DNA of 64,000 nt from Candidatus Daviesbacteria bacterium. Lineage in GTDB: Bacteria; Patescibacteriota; Microgenomatia; Daviesbacterales; UBA10151. Below the pieces are notes generated by a model that was given only the letters and a program-made list of their open reading frames with translations, was not told the origin of the DNA and made no database searches. Each line of letters opens with the position of its first letter. Positions within the stretch are counted from its first letter, which is position 1. Of this stretch, positions 1 to 10,260 are shown piece by piece. Location: assembly GCA_016176335.1 (NCBI GenBank), contig JACOXI010000003.1, forward strand, positions 386,477-450,476, given 5' to 3'. The position numbers and the translations under genes are program-made.

Positions 1-2
1 AA

Positions 3-899
3 TACGATACCGTATTTAACTTTTTTGATCACTTCCCAACCGTCAGACAACTGGTTACCCCTTACTGGGGGTATGGAGGATCTGTTCCTGGTCCAGGAGA
101 TGGGATGTCTTTCTTTTTAGGCGGGGCCAATTTATTAGTTTTTGTAACTGCGGGATTACTGCTTATTTTTAAATGGAAAGTAATCAACCGGCAAAACAAA
201 TTATTGATGATTTGGGTAATTAGTGCACTTGCTACTGCCATTTTTTTGATGAATTATCGCTCAACTTTTGTTTGGAATAATCTACCACTTCTTCCATATT
301 TTCAATTTCCCTGGAGATTTTTGATACTGGTAACCTTTTTTATACCTTTGCTGGTGGTAATTTTTGAAAAATTTAAATACGAGAAAGCACTTTTATTACT
401 TATTATGGCTTTCATTATTTTTCCAACATGGACCTTTTTTAGACCTGAAGATTTTTTAGGTCGAGAGGATGGTTACTATCTTAATCGCTATATACCCATT
501 CCTTCTGCAAGCAGCGAATATTTAAAAACCCAAGAAGAATATTTGAGATTGCCTAAAGCAACTGAAATTAGACCGGATAAAAATTTCCCATTACTTTTTC
601 CCGAGAACGGAATAAGAAGAGTGGATAAAATCAATGATTTAAAAGTAGCTTTTGAATTTGTTTCGGATAAAGGGGAGTTAATTAATTTAAACAAGTATTA
701 TTTCCCTGGTTGGCAAGCAAGAATTGATGGAAAATCAGTAGAAATTTTTGCAGGTAAGCCTTTTGGGCAAGTGAGTATATTCGTGCCTGCGGGATCTCAC
801 AAAGCAGAAGTTTATTTCCAAGAAACAAGTTTTAGAAAATTCTTAAACTTTGCTTCCTTGGGTGCATTTTTAGTATCATTGATGATGTTGTTAATATGA
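3..899 (+). CDS. 5'-truncated polytopic membrane protein with a YfhO-like C-terminal module (FPGWQARIDGK...GSHKAEVYF) and a C-terminal TM anchor
   Basis: The frame is open from the window start (codon phase from nt 3), so the gene begins upstream. Hydrophobic helices are followed by an ~110-aa soluble domain carrying the Y-x-P-G-W-x-A-x-V/I-D-G-K motif I associate with YfhO-family C-termini, then a terminal TM helix. It ends in an ATGA overlap with the next gene. Confidence 0.55.
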   Translation, partial: YDTVFNFFDHFPTVRQLVTPYWGYGGSVPGPGDGMSFFLGGANLLVFVTAGLLLIFKWKVINRQNKLLMIWVISALATAIFLMNYRSTFVWNNLPLLPYFQFPWRFLILVTFFIPLLVVIFEKFKYEKALLLLIMAFIIFPTWTFFRPEDFLGREDGYYLNRYIPIPSASSEYLKTQEEYLRLPKATEIRPDKNFPLLFPENGIRRVDKINDLKVAFEFVSDKGELINLNKYYFPGWQARIDGKSVEIFAGKPFGQVSIFVPAGSHKAEVYFQETSFRKFLNFASLGAFLVSLMMLLI

Positions 900-2155
900 G
901 TCTTTTAAAAAAACCGTTAGTTTTTATATTGATTGCAGGTATCTTCATCAGATTGTTTTTGTCGGCTACAACATTCCACAGCGATATTCAGCATTTTGAT
1001 CTGGCAGGGTATGTATTGGGCAAAGGAAATTTATCAAATTTTTATGACTACACTTTAAGTTTAAATAAGGACGACCAGTTTCTTAAAAAATATCCTGTTG
1101 CTGTATTCAATTACCCACCTACTACCTATTTTTATTTAGGGGGCCTAAATTGGATACTAACCAGTTGGACAGATCATGATTTCCATAACAACTTTTTATT
1201 TGATTTCACAAATACTTTAGGAGATTTAAGGTTATACCTACATTTAATCTTACTTAAAGTACCTTACCTACCTTTTGATATTTTTATAGCATATCTTTTG
1301 TACAATTTGTATGCTCTCAAAAGAGAAAAAATTTTAGCATTTACTCTTTGGATTTTTAACCCTTGGGTTTTGTATTCAACTTATATGATAGGTCAGTTTG
1401 ACATTATCCCAACAGCTTTTGTAGTACTTGCTTTGTATATGGTTGTCAAAATTGCCAATCTTAACAAAGCAGTCTTTCTGGCTGCGATATTGTTGGGGGT
1501 TGGTGCGTCTTTTAAAATATATCCACTTCTTTTCTTATTACCATTGGCTTTTCTTTTGCCGACTTGGTCAAAAAGAATACAGGCAATATTTTTAGGAGTT
1601 TCGGTATATGTGGTAACAATTCTGCCTTTTATCAATTCCTTAGGATATAGGTCTACGGCTCTAGCCGCAAACCAAATGTTTAAAAGTTTGTATGCACAAA
1701 TTCCTATTTCGGGAGGAGAAGGAATCATATTATTTGTGGTACTTACCGGATTTTTTTATCTTATTTATCTATACCGAGCAGGAAGCGCTGAAAATTTATG
1801 GCAGAGGTTTTTTGTTATTCTTCTTTTATTTTTTATATTCACACATTACCATCCTCAATGGTTCTTATGGCTTACTCCTTTTTTAATTATTGAACTTATT
1901 CATAGTAATTTTAAACACGCTTTCTTGTTACTTGTGATAGCCATTACATTCCTTGGGTCTGTATCTTTGTTTGAGCAGTCGCTATCAATAGGTTTGTTTA
2001 CACCACTTAACCCATCCCTTTATAATGGAGCTAATTTATGGCAGCTGCTTAATATAAAGTATGATCTAAATCTACTGCGAAGTTTATTCCAGAGTTTATT
2101 TGTCTCTGTTGCCGGATACCTTATTTACTACTATTTTCCCAAAAAATCCGGTTAA
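896..2155 (+). CDS. Polytopic integral membrane protein, putative GT-C-fold glycosyltransferase (DUF2029/GT87-like guess)
   Basis: 419 aa with more than 10 predicted TM segments and short loops rich in aromatics. It is in-frame with the next ORF, separated by a single TAA. Confidence 0.45.
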   Translation: MSLLKKPLVFILIAGIFIRLFLSATTFHSDIQHFDLAGYVLGKGNLSNFYDYTLSLNKDDQFLKKYPVAVFNYPPTTYFYLGGLNWILTSWTDHDFHNNFLFDFTNTLGDLRLYLHLILLKVPYLPFDIFIAYLLYNLYALKREKILAFTLWIFNPWVLYSTYMIGQFDIIPTAFVVLALYMVVKIANLNKAVFLAAILLGVGASFKIYPLLFLLPLAFLLPTWSKRIQAIFLGVSVYVVTILPFINSLGYRSTALAANQMFKSLYAQIPISGGEGIILFVVLTGFFYLIYLYRAGSAENLWQRFFVILLLFFIFTHYHPQWFLWLTPFLIIELIHSNFKHAFLLLVIAITFLGSVSLFEQSLSIGLFTPLNPSLYNGANLWQLLNIKYDLNLLRSLFQSLFVSVAGYLIYYYFPKKSG

Positions 2156-2161
2156 AAAACT

Positions 2162-3319
2162 ATGCTTAAAAACAAATTCATCTTGTTAGGTCTCATTTTG
2201 ACGATTTTATTGATTTGTTTTCTTTTTATTGTACCCTTTACAAATCAAGAGAAGTATTTAATCAGGCTTTCTGAAATAGATAGATGTTTTAAAGACGGTC
2301 AAATTCCCTGTAGATGGGTTTTGGGTTTAGAAGATTTTTACGGATCTCCCATATTTAATTACCATGCTCCGCTGCCTTATTATTTTGGGGAACTTATTTT
2401 TTTTATCACCAACAACCTGACAATTACCCTCAAAATAATATTCGCGGTTAGTCTAATAGGAAGCTATATATTCATGTATCTTTTTGCATACAAATTTCTA
2501 GGGAAATTCAGAGCCAATTCATCTGCGATTTTTTATACTGTGCTAGCTTTTTCAGCTATTATCTTATCCAATGAAGGATTAGGGTTAGCTTGGGGTCTGA
2601 TGTTTTTTCCTTTAATTCTTTTAAACTTAAACTTACTTTCACAAAAAATGAAAATTCAGAATTTTCTGTTTTCTTCTATATTTTTATCACTGCTAACACT
2701 CTCCGCAGATACAGCGCCTATTTTTCTTGGCTTAATTTTCCTGTGGGTAGGCTATCAATATATTCGGAAAAAAAGTTTCACTTTTCTTTTCTTGAGTCTA
2801 TCATCAATAATATTTGCATTTTTACTGTCCTCTTTTTATATTTTTCCCTCTGTTTTGGAAAGGAATTTAGTGCATAGCGTATCTATGAATGATCCGCTGC
2901 GTTTTTTGCCAAAATCAGTAGCAGAAAAACCGCAGATTGTGATAGATGCCAAGTACCAAATATTAACAGGGGATTCGGATGTTTCCAATTTTAAACAAGG
3001 TACTAATTGGTTGAGATTTGAAACAAATACAAGAACGCATACCATTATTCGTTTATCCCAAGTTTATTTTCCACATTGGAAAATATTTATTGACGGAAAA
3101 GAAGCACAAGTTGAATATAAAAACAACAGCTTAGGATTGATGACTATTATTTTAGGAGAAGGTAGCCACATTGTAGAAGGGAGATTGTTAGATACTCCGA
3201 TACGTGCAGTCTCCAATATTGTAACAGTAGTCTCGGTCATTGTTACTTTACTTTTATGGATAATTCAGTTTAAGAAGGTCCGTAACTCACTAAACTATTA
3301 TAAAAAAAGAGTAAACTAA
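2162..3319 (+). CDS. YfhO-like membrane protein (about 7 TM, then a C-terminal beta-rich domain with YFPHWKIFIDGKEAQVEY, then a TM anchor)
   Basis: The C-terminal motif is paralogous to the ORF ending at 899 and to the C-termini of ORFs 36764 and 48634. Confidence 0.55.
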   Translation: MLKNKFILLGLILTILLICFLFIVPFTNQEKYLIRLSEIDRCFKDGQIPCRWVLGLEDFYGSPIFNYHAPLPYYFGELIFFITNNLTITLKIIFAVSLIGSYIFMYLFAYKFLGKFRANSSAIFYTVLAFSAIILSNEGLGLAWGLMFFPLILLNLNLLSQKMKIQNFLFSSIFLSLLTLSADTAPIFLGLIFLWVGYQYIRKKSFTFLFLSLSSIIFAFLLSSFYIFPSVLERNLVHSVSMNDPLRFLPKSVAEKPQIVIDAKYQILTGDSDVSNFKQGTNWLRFETNTRTHTIIRLSQVYFPHWKIFIDGKEAQVEYKNNSLGLMTIILGEGSHIVEGRLLDTPIRAVSNIVTVVSVIVTLLLWIIQFKKVRNSLNYYKKRVN

Positions 3320-3329
3320 ATATAAAAAA

Positions 3330-4811
3330 ATGGCTGAAAGCGTTGAGCAGTTAGATCCAACTCAAGAGTTAACTACAGATGTTGTAAAAAAAAGGGCAGT
3401 TAGGGGAGCTGCCATTTTAACAGGCAGAAATATTTTGATTCAGGCTATTTCTTTTTTCTCCACAGCTCTTTTAACGGTATTTTTACTGCCTTCGGAGTTT
3501 GGAGTATTTTTTCTCGTCTCGGCAGTTATTAATTTTATGGCATATTTTGGAGATATTGGTTTTGCAGCTGCTTTAATTCAAAAAAAAGATCAGCTGACAG
3601 AAGAAGATCTCAAAACCGTATTTACCGCCCAGCAGGTATTAGTGGTAGTAATTTTAATCGCAGTCTTCATTATGACCCCTTTACTTCAAAATATTTATAA
3701 CTTGGATTATAAAGCTATATTGTTACTTTGGGCTTTAGGTTTTTCTCTCCTGATGTCTTCACTTAAAACAATTCCTACAGTCTTAATGGAGCGAAGACTG
3801 GAGTTTAACAAATATGTTGTGCCACAGATTGCAGAAACAATTATTTTTAATATAACTGCGGTTTTACTTGCATGGATGGGTTTTGGAGTGACAAGCTATA
3901 CAGTTGCCGTAATTTTAAGAAGTTTTTCAGGACTGATTATTACATATTTCATACAGCCTTGGATTCCATCCTTTTCTTTTTCAAAGCAGGCTTTTAAATC
4001 AGTACTAAAATTTGGAGTCCCATATCAGGCAAACACTTTGCTTGCTATGGTGAAAGATGATGGAATGATTTTATTTTTGGGAAGTATTTTAGGGCCTTCT
4101 GGAGTAGGGCTGTTGGGTTGGGCACAAAAGTGGGCATATGCACCTTTAAGATTTTTTATGGATCAGGTGATTAAAGTCACATTTCCCGCTTTCTCCAGAC
4201 TTCAAGATCAAAAACAAGAACTATCAAATGCGGTTTCAAAATCTATCTTCTTTGTTAGTATTCTGGTTTTCCCATCCCTTGTTATGTTAAATCTCTTGGC
4301 ACCAACCTTGGTTGAAATTATTCCAAAATATACTAAATGGAACCCTGCTTTAACCGCGTTACTGTTTATTAGCGTTACTTCCGCTTTGGCGTCCATTACA
4401 ACACCGCTGACAAATACTTTAAATGCCATAGGAAAAATTTCCATAACTTTTAGATTGATGATAATGTGGACAGTGACTACTTGGATTTTTGTTCCGTTTC
4501 TTACCATAAAATACGGATTAAACGGGGCGGCTACGGGTTTCACAATCGTTGGTTTGACATCTGTTGTTGCACTTTTCGTTATTTCCAAATATGTAAGTAT
4601 TAATTACATTCAAAGTGTGGGAAAACCTGTTCTTGCAACAATTACCATGGGACTTTTGGTATTTTTTGTCCGCTCCATTATCGGAACCTCGCTTACTCAA
4701 GTTATTTTAATGGTTGCAGTAGGTCTTATTTCGTATACACTATCTTTATTTGTTTTAGAACCTAATATACTAGCTAGTTTTAAAAAACTATTCATTAAGA
4801 AAGCAGAATGA
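3330..4811 (+). CDS. Wzx-type oligosaccharide flippase / polysaccharide biosynthesis protein (MOP superfamily)
   Basis: 493 aa with about 12-14 TM. The N-terminal region (ILTGRNILIQAISFFSTALLTVFLLPSEFGVFFLVSAVINF...AAALIQKK) is typical of Wzx/PST-family flippases. Confidence 0.7.
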   Translation: MAESVEQLDPTQELTTDVVKKRAVRGAAILTGRNILIQAISFFSTALLTVFLLPSEFGVFFLVSAVINFMAYFGDIGFAAALIQKKDQLTEEDLKTVFTAQQVLVVVILIAVFIMTPLLQNIYNLDYKAILLLWALGFSLLMSSLKTIPTVLMERRLEFNKYVVPQIAETIIFNITAVLLAWMGFGVTSYTVAVILRSFSGLIITYFIQPWIPSFSFSKQAFKSVLKFGVPYQANTLLAMVKDDGMILFLGSILGPSGVGLLGWAQKWAYAPLRFFMDQVIKVTFPAFSRLQDQKQELSNAVSKSIFFVSILVFPSLVMLNLLAPTLVEIIPKYTKWNPALTALLFISVTSALASITTPLTNTLNAIGKISITFRLMIMWTVTTWIFVPFLTIKYGLNGAATGFTIVGLTSVVALFVISKYVSINYIQSVGKPVLATITMGLLVFFVRSIIGTSLTQVILMVAVGLISYTLSLFVLEPNILASFKKLFIKKAE

Positions 4812-7800
4812 TTAAATTAGCAGTTACAATCTTATCTTTACTTTTTTTAGCCATAAACCCATTTGCAGTATTGGCAAACACTAACTCGTTCGTTTCAGTT
4901 GTAAATCCCATAAGAGGATCGGATTTTTGGGAAGATAAAGCACAAAATCCAAAAACAGCGGTCACGGGCCAAATGGACATTTTGGATAAATTTAATATTC
5001 CTGCAACTTGGCTGATAAGATATGACGCTTTATTCGAAACCGAGATTATAAACAAGTTGAAAGATGCGGCAGATGACGAGAAAGGGATATTTTTGGAAAT
5101 TACCCCGACTTTTACAAAAGATGCTGATGTTGGCTATCACAAGTCGGAAAACTGGCATGATGCCGGCAGTTCTTTTCTTTCCGGTTATGAAAGGGATGAA
5201 AGGATCAAACTTATTGATAAGGCATTTGCAAAGTTCAAAGACACATTCGGAATCTATCCGAAATCGGTGGGCGCCTGGTGGATTGACGCTTTTTCCCTTT
5301 CGTACATGCAGGAAAAATACGGAGTAGTTTCGGCCCTCATCGTTGCCGATCAGTATACAACCGATAATTATCAAATCTGGGGACAATTTTGGTCAACTCC
5401 TTATTACCCGTCCAAAAATAATATTTTGCATCCTGCTCAAACTGCCGCAAACAGATTGCCTGTTGTGATGACCCAATGGGCTGCTCGAGATCCGGTCAAC
5501 GCTTATGGAAGGGGAGTAGAAGAGAGTACTTTCAGCATTCAGGCGAATGATTATACTGACTACCACAATTTGAACACAAGCTACTTCTCATCGATGGTGG
5601 ATATTTATACCAAGCAGCAGTTTAACCAATTTGGGCATTTAACAGTGGGATTGGAAAATTCATATCCTTGGAAAAAGTATGCGAATGAATATAAAAACCA
5701 GATGAAAGTTTTGAGAGAAAAAAGTAACCAAGGACAGTTCTCCTTAGTGACAATGGAAAGCTTTGCCAATAGGTATAAAAATACATTTCCCGATCTTTCT
5801 CCCACTCAAATAATTGTTGCCGATGATTCCTTGGGTGGTTTCAAAAAAGCGGTTTGGTTTATGAATCCGTATTATCGGGTCGGCTGGTTTTACAACCAGG
5901 AAGGAAGTGTAATACGCGATATCCGCCAATACATTGACGGCGAAGAAGAACTTTGTTTTGTCCGAAGATGCGATGAAGTTAATTTTGGAACTTTTGCCAC
6001 CAGAGTTTTGGATGAGGTGACTTACGGGAATAATTGGATAATAGATGGCGGGAAAATTTCTGATTTTAATGTTTTGAAAAAAGGCGATAATTTTGTCATA
6101 ACATACTTAAATGAAGTAGGAAACTTACGAACTATAAAGTTTTTGCCTCGGGATATTAGTGTTGATGAAAAAATTTCATCAATTGATGGTGCAATTTTGG
6201 ATGCAATCAAACAGGATACGGTAGAACAAAAAAAGCAGAGTGAATTTAAGGAAGGCGGCTTTTATTGGGGTCCTATTAGCGTATTATCAAAGATAATTAA
6301 ATTCTCATTTTTCCTACTGATAGTATATTTGGTGCCAGGATTGGTTTTGACGGATAAATTATTTAACAAAGATAGTCCTTCGGTTTATTTAAAACGGGTA
6401 TTTCTAGCGCTGATCACAGGTTTTGTTTTACTGACTGGTGCATTCTATATTTTTAGCCTGTTAAATCTAAGATTCCTGATTTTCGTTTATATCTTATTAT
6501 TCTCATTTGTGTTTTTAAAGCTAAAACTTTTTTACCTACTTAAGATTAGGATACCTAAACCTGCTGACAAACTTACTTTGGCAACTGTTGTGCTGGTTAT
6601 TGCAGGAGTAATTTTCCAAAATATACCCAGCTTTAAAAATGGTTTGGTTTTTCCGTTCGGAATGGGATTTTGGGGTCCGAATACACATGATGGAATCTGG
6701 CACATAAGTTTGATAAACCAACTGATTAAGGGGTTGCCTGCCGGGAATCCTATCTTTGCAGATACAATACTTAAAAATTACCATTTTTTCTATGATTTAT
6801 TAATCGCAGCTACAGCATACCTTACTAAGATACCTATTTTAGATTTGGTTTTCAGATTCTATCCAATCTTGTTCTCATTATCTTTGGGAGTAGGTACTTA
6901 TTTTTTAGCAACTACTCTTTCGAAAAGCAGAATTGCAGTAATTCTTAGCCTTTACTTTGTTTATTTTGCAGGAAGTTTTGGCTGGATTGTGGAATATATA
7001 AAACAAAAAAGTTTTGGCGGAGAATCTGCATTTTGGGCTAATCAATCAATCTCGTTTAACTTAAATCCGCCTTTTGCGGTATCTTTGCTAATTATCATTG
7101 CTTTGCTTCTCCTTCTACATGGCAAGGAATCAAAAAGTTTAAAGGGAATCTTGGTAGCATCACTTCTGGCAGGTAGTTTAGTTGGATTTAAAGCGTATGG
7201 GGCAGTTTTAATTTTGGGTGCGTTACTCTCTATAGCAATTGTAAATATACTGAAGAAGGATTTATCATATCTTTTAATTTTTTTCTTTTCATCAATTCTC
7301 ACATCCTTAATATTTTTCTTAAATTTCCAACCCAGCCAGCAACTGATAATTTTTTCTCCATTTTGGTTTATTCATTCCATGATTGATTCGCCCGATAGGA
7401 TTGGGTGGGTCAGGTTATCTATTGCGAGAACTGTGGGTTTTGAAACAAGAAACTGGTTTAAGTTGATATCCGCGGAAGTCATAAGCCTGACCTTATTCAT
7501 TGTGGGAAATTTAGGAATGAGGATTTTAAGCATTGGATCTTTAATAAAAATCAAAAGTATAATTAAAGATCATAATCTTTTGTTTATTTTAGTATTTTCG
7601 ATATTATCAATATTTATTCCCATACTTTTTATACAATCCGGAAATCCCTGGAATACGATTCAATTTTTTTACTACGGTCTTTACGTAACCGCAGTAGTAA
7701 GCGGCATTGTTTTATCTTCTTTGATTTTTAATTTGCCTAGGGCACTATCTTTTTTAATAATAGTTTTCGTATTAATATTGACGCCGATTAACTCAATTAC

Positions 7801-8233
7801 CACCGCAAGCTATTACACTAATTACTTACCACATGGCAGAATTGATGGGAAAGAATTAGAGGCCTTAACATATTTATCTTTGCAAAAAGATGGTACGGTA
7901 CTCACATACCCCTACGACAAAAAACTAAAGGTTAAAATATCAGAACCCTGGCCTCTATTTGCCTATGATAGCACGGCATATGTATCCGCCTTATCAAACA
8001 AGGCCACTTTTCTGGAAGATGAGCCGCAAAATCAAATTCTTTTGACAGATTATAAAAAAAGATTAGTTGCTTCAAAAGATTTCTTTTTGAAACCGCAAGC
8101 AAACTTCATGAAAGAGAATAATATCCAATATATTTATTTACCTAAAAAATTTAATATGAGAATGAGTGAAAATCTATTATCTGTTGAAAATATTTTTGAA
8201 AATGAAGAAGTAATTATCTACAAAGTAAAATAA
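4808..8233 (+). CDS. Giant (1141 aa) membrane protein with three regions: signal peptide plus an ~450-aa extracytoplasmic carbohydrate-active-like domain, a >12-TM GT-C-like core with an HDGIWH motif, and an ~200-aa C-terminal soluble domain
   Basis: Signal peptide MIKLAVTILSLLFLAINPFAVLA. The soluble N-domain carries motifs (ATWLIRYDAL, HKSENWHD, WSTPYYP) loosely reminiscent of a deacetylase/hydrolase fold. The TM core is paralogous to ORF 8241 (FWGPNTHDGIWHISL vs FWSSQGHDGLWHVAS). There is an ATGA overlap with the flippase. Confidence 0.55.
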   Translation: MIKLAVTILSLLFLAINPFAVLANTNSFVSVVNPIRGSDFWEDKAQNPKTAVTGQMDILDKFNIPATWLIRYDALFETEIINKLKDAADDEKGIFLEITPTFTKDADVGYHKSENWHDAGSSFLSGYERDERIKLIDKAFAKFKDTFGIYPKSVGAWWIDAFSLSYMQEKYGVVSALIVADQYTTDNYQIWGQFWSTPYYPSKNNILHPAQTAANRLPVVMTQWAARDPVNAYGRGVEESTFSIQANDYTDYHNLNTSYFSSMVDIYTKQQFNQFGHLTVGLENSYPWKKYANEYKNQMKVLREKSNQGQFSLVTMESFANRYKNTFPDLSPTQIIVADDSLGGFKKAVWFMNPYYRVGWFYNQEGSVIRDIRQYIDGEEELCFVRRCDEVNFGTFATRVLDEVTYGNNWIIDGGKISDFNVLKKGDNFVITYLNEVGNLRTIKFLPRDISVDEKISSIDGAILDAIKQDTVEQKKQSEFKEGGFYWGPISVLSKIIKFSFFLLIVYLVPGLVLTDKLFNKDSPSVYLKRVFLALITGFVLLTGAFYIFSLLNLRFLIFVYILLFSFVFLKLKLFYLLKIRIPKPADKLTLATVVLVIAGVIFQNIPSFKNGLVFPFGMGFWGPNTHDGIWHISLINQLIKGLPAGNPIFADTILKNYHFFYDLLIAATAYLTKIPILDLVFRFYPILFSLSLGVGTYFLATTLSKSRIAVILSLYFVYFAGSFGWIVEYIKQKSFGGESAFWANQSISFNLNPPFAVSLLIIIALLLLLHGKESKSLKGILVASLLAGSLVGFKAYGAVLILGALLSIAIVNILKKDLSYLLIFFFSSILTSLIFFLNFQPSQQLIIFSPFWFIHSMIDSPDRIGWVRLSIARTVGFETRNWFKLISAEVISLTLFIVGNLGMRILSIGSLIKIKSIIKDHNLLFILVFSILSIFIPILFIQSGNPWNTIQFFYYGLYVTAVVSGIVLSSLIFNLPRALSFLIIVFVLILTPINSITTASYYTNYLPHGRIDGKELEALTYLSLQKDGTVLTYPYDKKLKVKISEPWPLFAYDSTAYVSALSNKATFLEDEPQNQILLTDYKKRLVASKDFFLKPQANFMKENNIQYIYLPKKFNMRMSENLLSVENIFENEEVIIYKVK

Positions 8234-8240
8234 TACTAAT

Positions 8241-10259
8241 ATGTATCAACTATTTCAAACAACAGTATTTTTTCTATTATTTATTGTTCTTTCAATTGTA
8301 GTTTTCTATATACCGGGATTCGCAGTAGTAGCCAGAATTAGAAAACAATTAGAAGATCAAGAGATTATTACATTATCTTTGGCATTGGGAATTGTTATTT
8401 TCGTTTTATCTGCCATTATTTTAGCTTTGCTAAATACTAGATACCTTTTATTACCTTTAATAATATTTCTAAATTTGTTTATTATTTCAAAAAATAAATT
8501 AGCTGCATTTTCCCCATGGAAAATATTTATTAAAAATAAAATACTTCTAATATTGATAGTATTGGGAATTCTAACTCAAGGATTTATTAATTTTCCCAGC
8601 GGTTATTTATATAAAGATGGTCTTCAATTTTGGAGTTCACAAGGTCATGATGGTCTCTGGCATGTAGCCTCAATGGAAGTAATTAAAAAGTCTATTCCTC
8701 CCCAAAACCCTGTTTTTTCAGGCGAACCACTTTATAACTATCATTATTTAGTTGATGGTTTAATGGGGGAATTTGCAAGAATTTTTCCTTTTTTCTCAAC
8801 ATTGGATTTATATTTTAGATTTTTCCCGGTAATTTTTTCACTCCTTATAGGGATAAGCGTTTTTGCATTTGTCAGAAGATGGCAAGAAAATCTTAAAATT
8901 GGGTATCTTGCTTTATTCTTTACTTATTTTGTTGGAAGTTTTGGCTATGTGGTAACTTTTATAAGAAGTGGAAATATTTTTGGAGGCGAGACTATTTTTT
9001 GGGCAGCACAACAGAATACTCTTTTGGGTAATCCCCCTCATGCGATTTCTCATGGTTTGCTGGCAGCCTTTTTCTTAAGCTTTTTATTTTATCTAAAGGA
9101 AAGAAAAACGATTTGGGTTGTAGTATCTTTTTTAATTGGTTCAACTTTAGCTGGTTTTAAAGTTTCAGGAGGATTTGTGATGTTAATGGGACTTGGAGCT
9201 GCTGCTTTAATTGATTTTATAAACAAGCGAAAATTCTTGAGTTTGCTGTTGCCTTTTCTGTTGGGAATGTCTAATTTTCTAACTTTTAAATGGATGACAT
9301 CTAATGGGAGTTCATTTTTAATGTTTTTACCTTGGTGGTTTGTTAGAACGATGATTGTAGATAAACTTGGCTGGATGGATTTAGAGTTAAGACGCCAGCA
9401 CTACCTTTCAAAGGGTACATGGAATGCATATCTTCGGGTTTTACAACTTGAGTTAATTGCACTTGCGATCTTTATTTTAGGTAATTTAGGCATGAGATTT
9501 TTAGGAATAATTGAGGTAATCAGAAAATTTATCTTAAGACAGGGGACATTTTTAAAAGATCCTATTGAAGTCATGCTTATTGTAACCATGTTAACAGGAC
9601 TTATTATGCCGATGTTATTTGTTCAAAAAGGACTCATCTATAATAATATTCAGTTCATGCAATATTTTCTTTTTATATTCGGTTTTTACGGGGCAATATC
9701 AACGTATAAAGTTCTGAACTATTTTAAGAATAAAGTAATTAAACTGATAGTCATTGGATTGATAATCGTTTTTTCCATACCCACAGTAATAGGTAACTTA
9801 GTTGAGTTGTATGGTCCAGGCAGGGCCCCCTTGGCCAAAATAACTAATTCCGATCTTGAAGCGCTTCAATACTTAAAGCAAAACTCCAAGAAAGATGCGG
9901 TCATATTAACCGTGCCTTATAATCCATTTTTAAGGGATAAATTTACAAACCAACCATGGCCAATCTATGCTTGGTATGATACCCCTTATGTTTCTGCTAT
10001 TACTGGTAGGTTTTCTTATCTTGCTTCTGAACATGTCAGGCTTTTATTTTATCCATCAACAGAAGAAAGAATAAAAAATAAGATTAAGTTTTTTGAGCAA
10101 TCAGATTTTTCTTGGAATAGGCAATTTCTAAAAAATGAAAGAATAAGCTATATTTATGCGGCACAAGATGAACTGATCAAACCCCTTGATATACAAAAAA
10201 ACAATTTGGAAATATTTTTTGAAAATAATGAGATAATTATATTCAAAGTGAAATCCTAA
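8241..10259 (+). CDS. Polytopic membrane protein, paralog of the core and C-terminal regions of ORF 4808 (putative GT-C glycosyltransferase, HDGLWH motif)
   Basis: 672 aa. It shares the loop motif and the C-terminal domain with ORF 4808 (…LEALQYLKQ…EIIIFKVKS vs …LEALTYLSLQ…EEVIIYKVK). Confidence 0.55.
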   Translation: MYQLFQTTVFFLLFIVLSIVVFYIPGFAVVARIRKQLEDQEIITLSLALGIVIFVLSAIILALLNTRYLLLPLIIFLNLFIISKNKLAAFSPWKIFIKNKILLILIVLGILTQGFINFPSGYLYKDGLQFWSSQGHDGLWHVASMEVIKKSIPPQNPVFSGEPLYNYHYLVDGLMGEFARIFPFFSTLDLYFRFFPVIFSLLIGISVFAFVRRWQENLKIGYLALFFTYFVGSFGYVVTFIRSGNIFGGETIFWAAQQNTLLGNPPHAISHGLLAAFFLSFLFYLKERKTIWVVVSFLIGSTLAGFKVSGGFVMLMGLGAAALIDFINKRKFLSLLLPFLLGMSNFLTFKWMTSNGSSFLMFLPWWFVRTMIVDKLGWMDLELRRQHYLSKGTWNAYLRVLQLELIALAIFILGNLGMRFLGIIEVIRKFILRQGTFLKDPIEVMLIVTMLTGLIMPMLFVQKGLIYNNIQFMQYFLFIFGFYGAISTYKVLNYFKNKVIKLIVIGLIIVFSIPTVIGNLVELYGPGRAPLAKITNSDLEALQYLKQNSKKDAVILTVPYNPFLRDKFTNQPWPIYAWYDTPYVSAITGRFSYLASEHVRLLFYPSTEERIKNKIKFFEQSDFSWNRQFLKNERISYIYAAQDELIKPLDIQKNNLEIFFENNEIIIFKVKS

Positions 10260-10260
10260 G

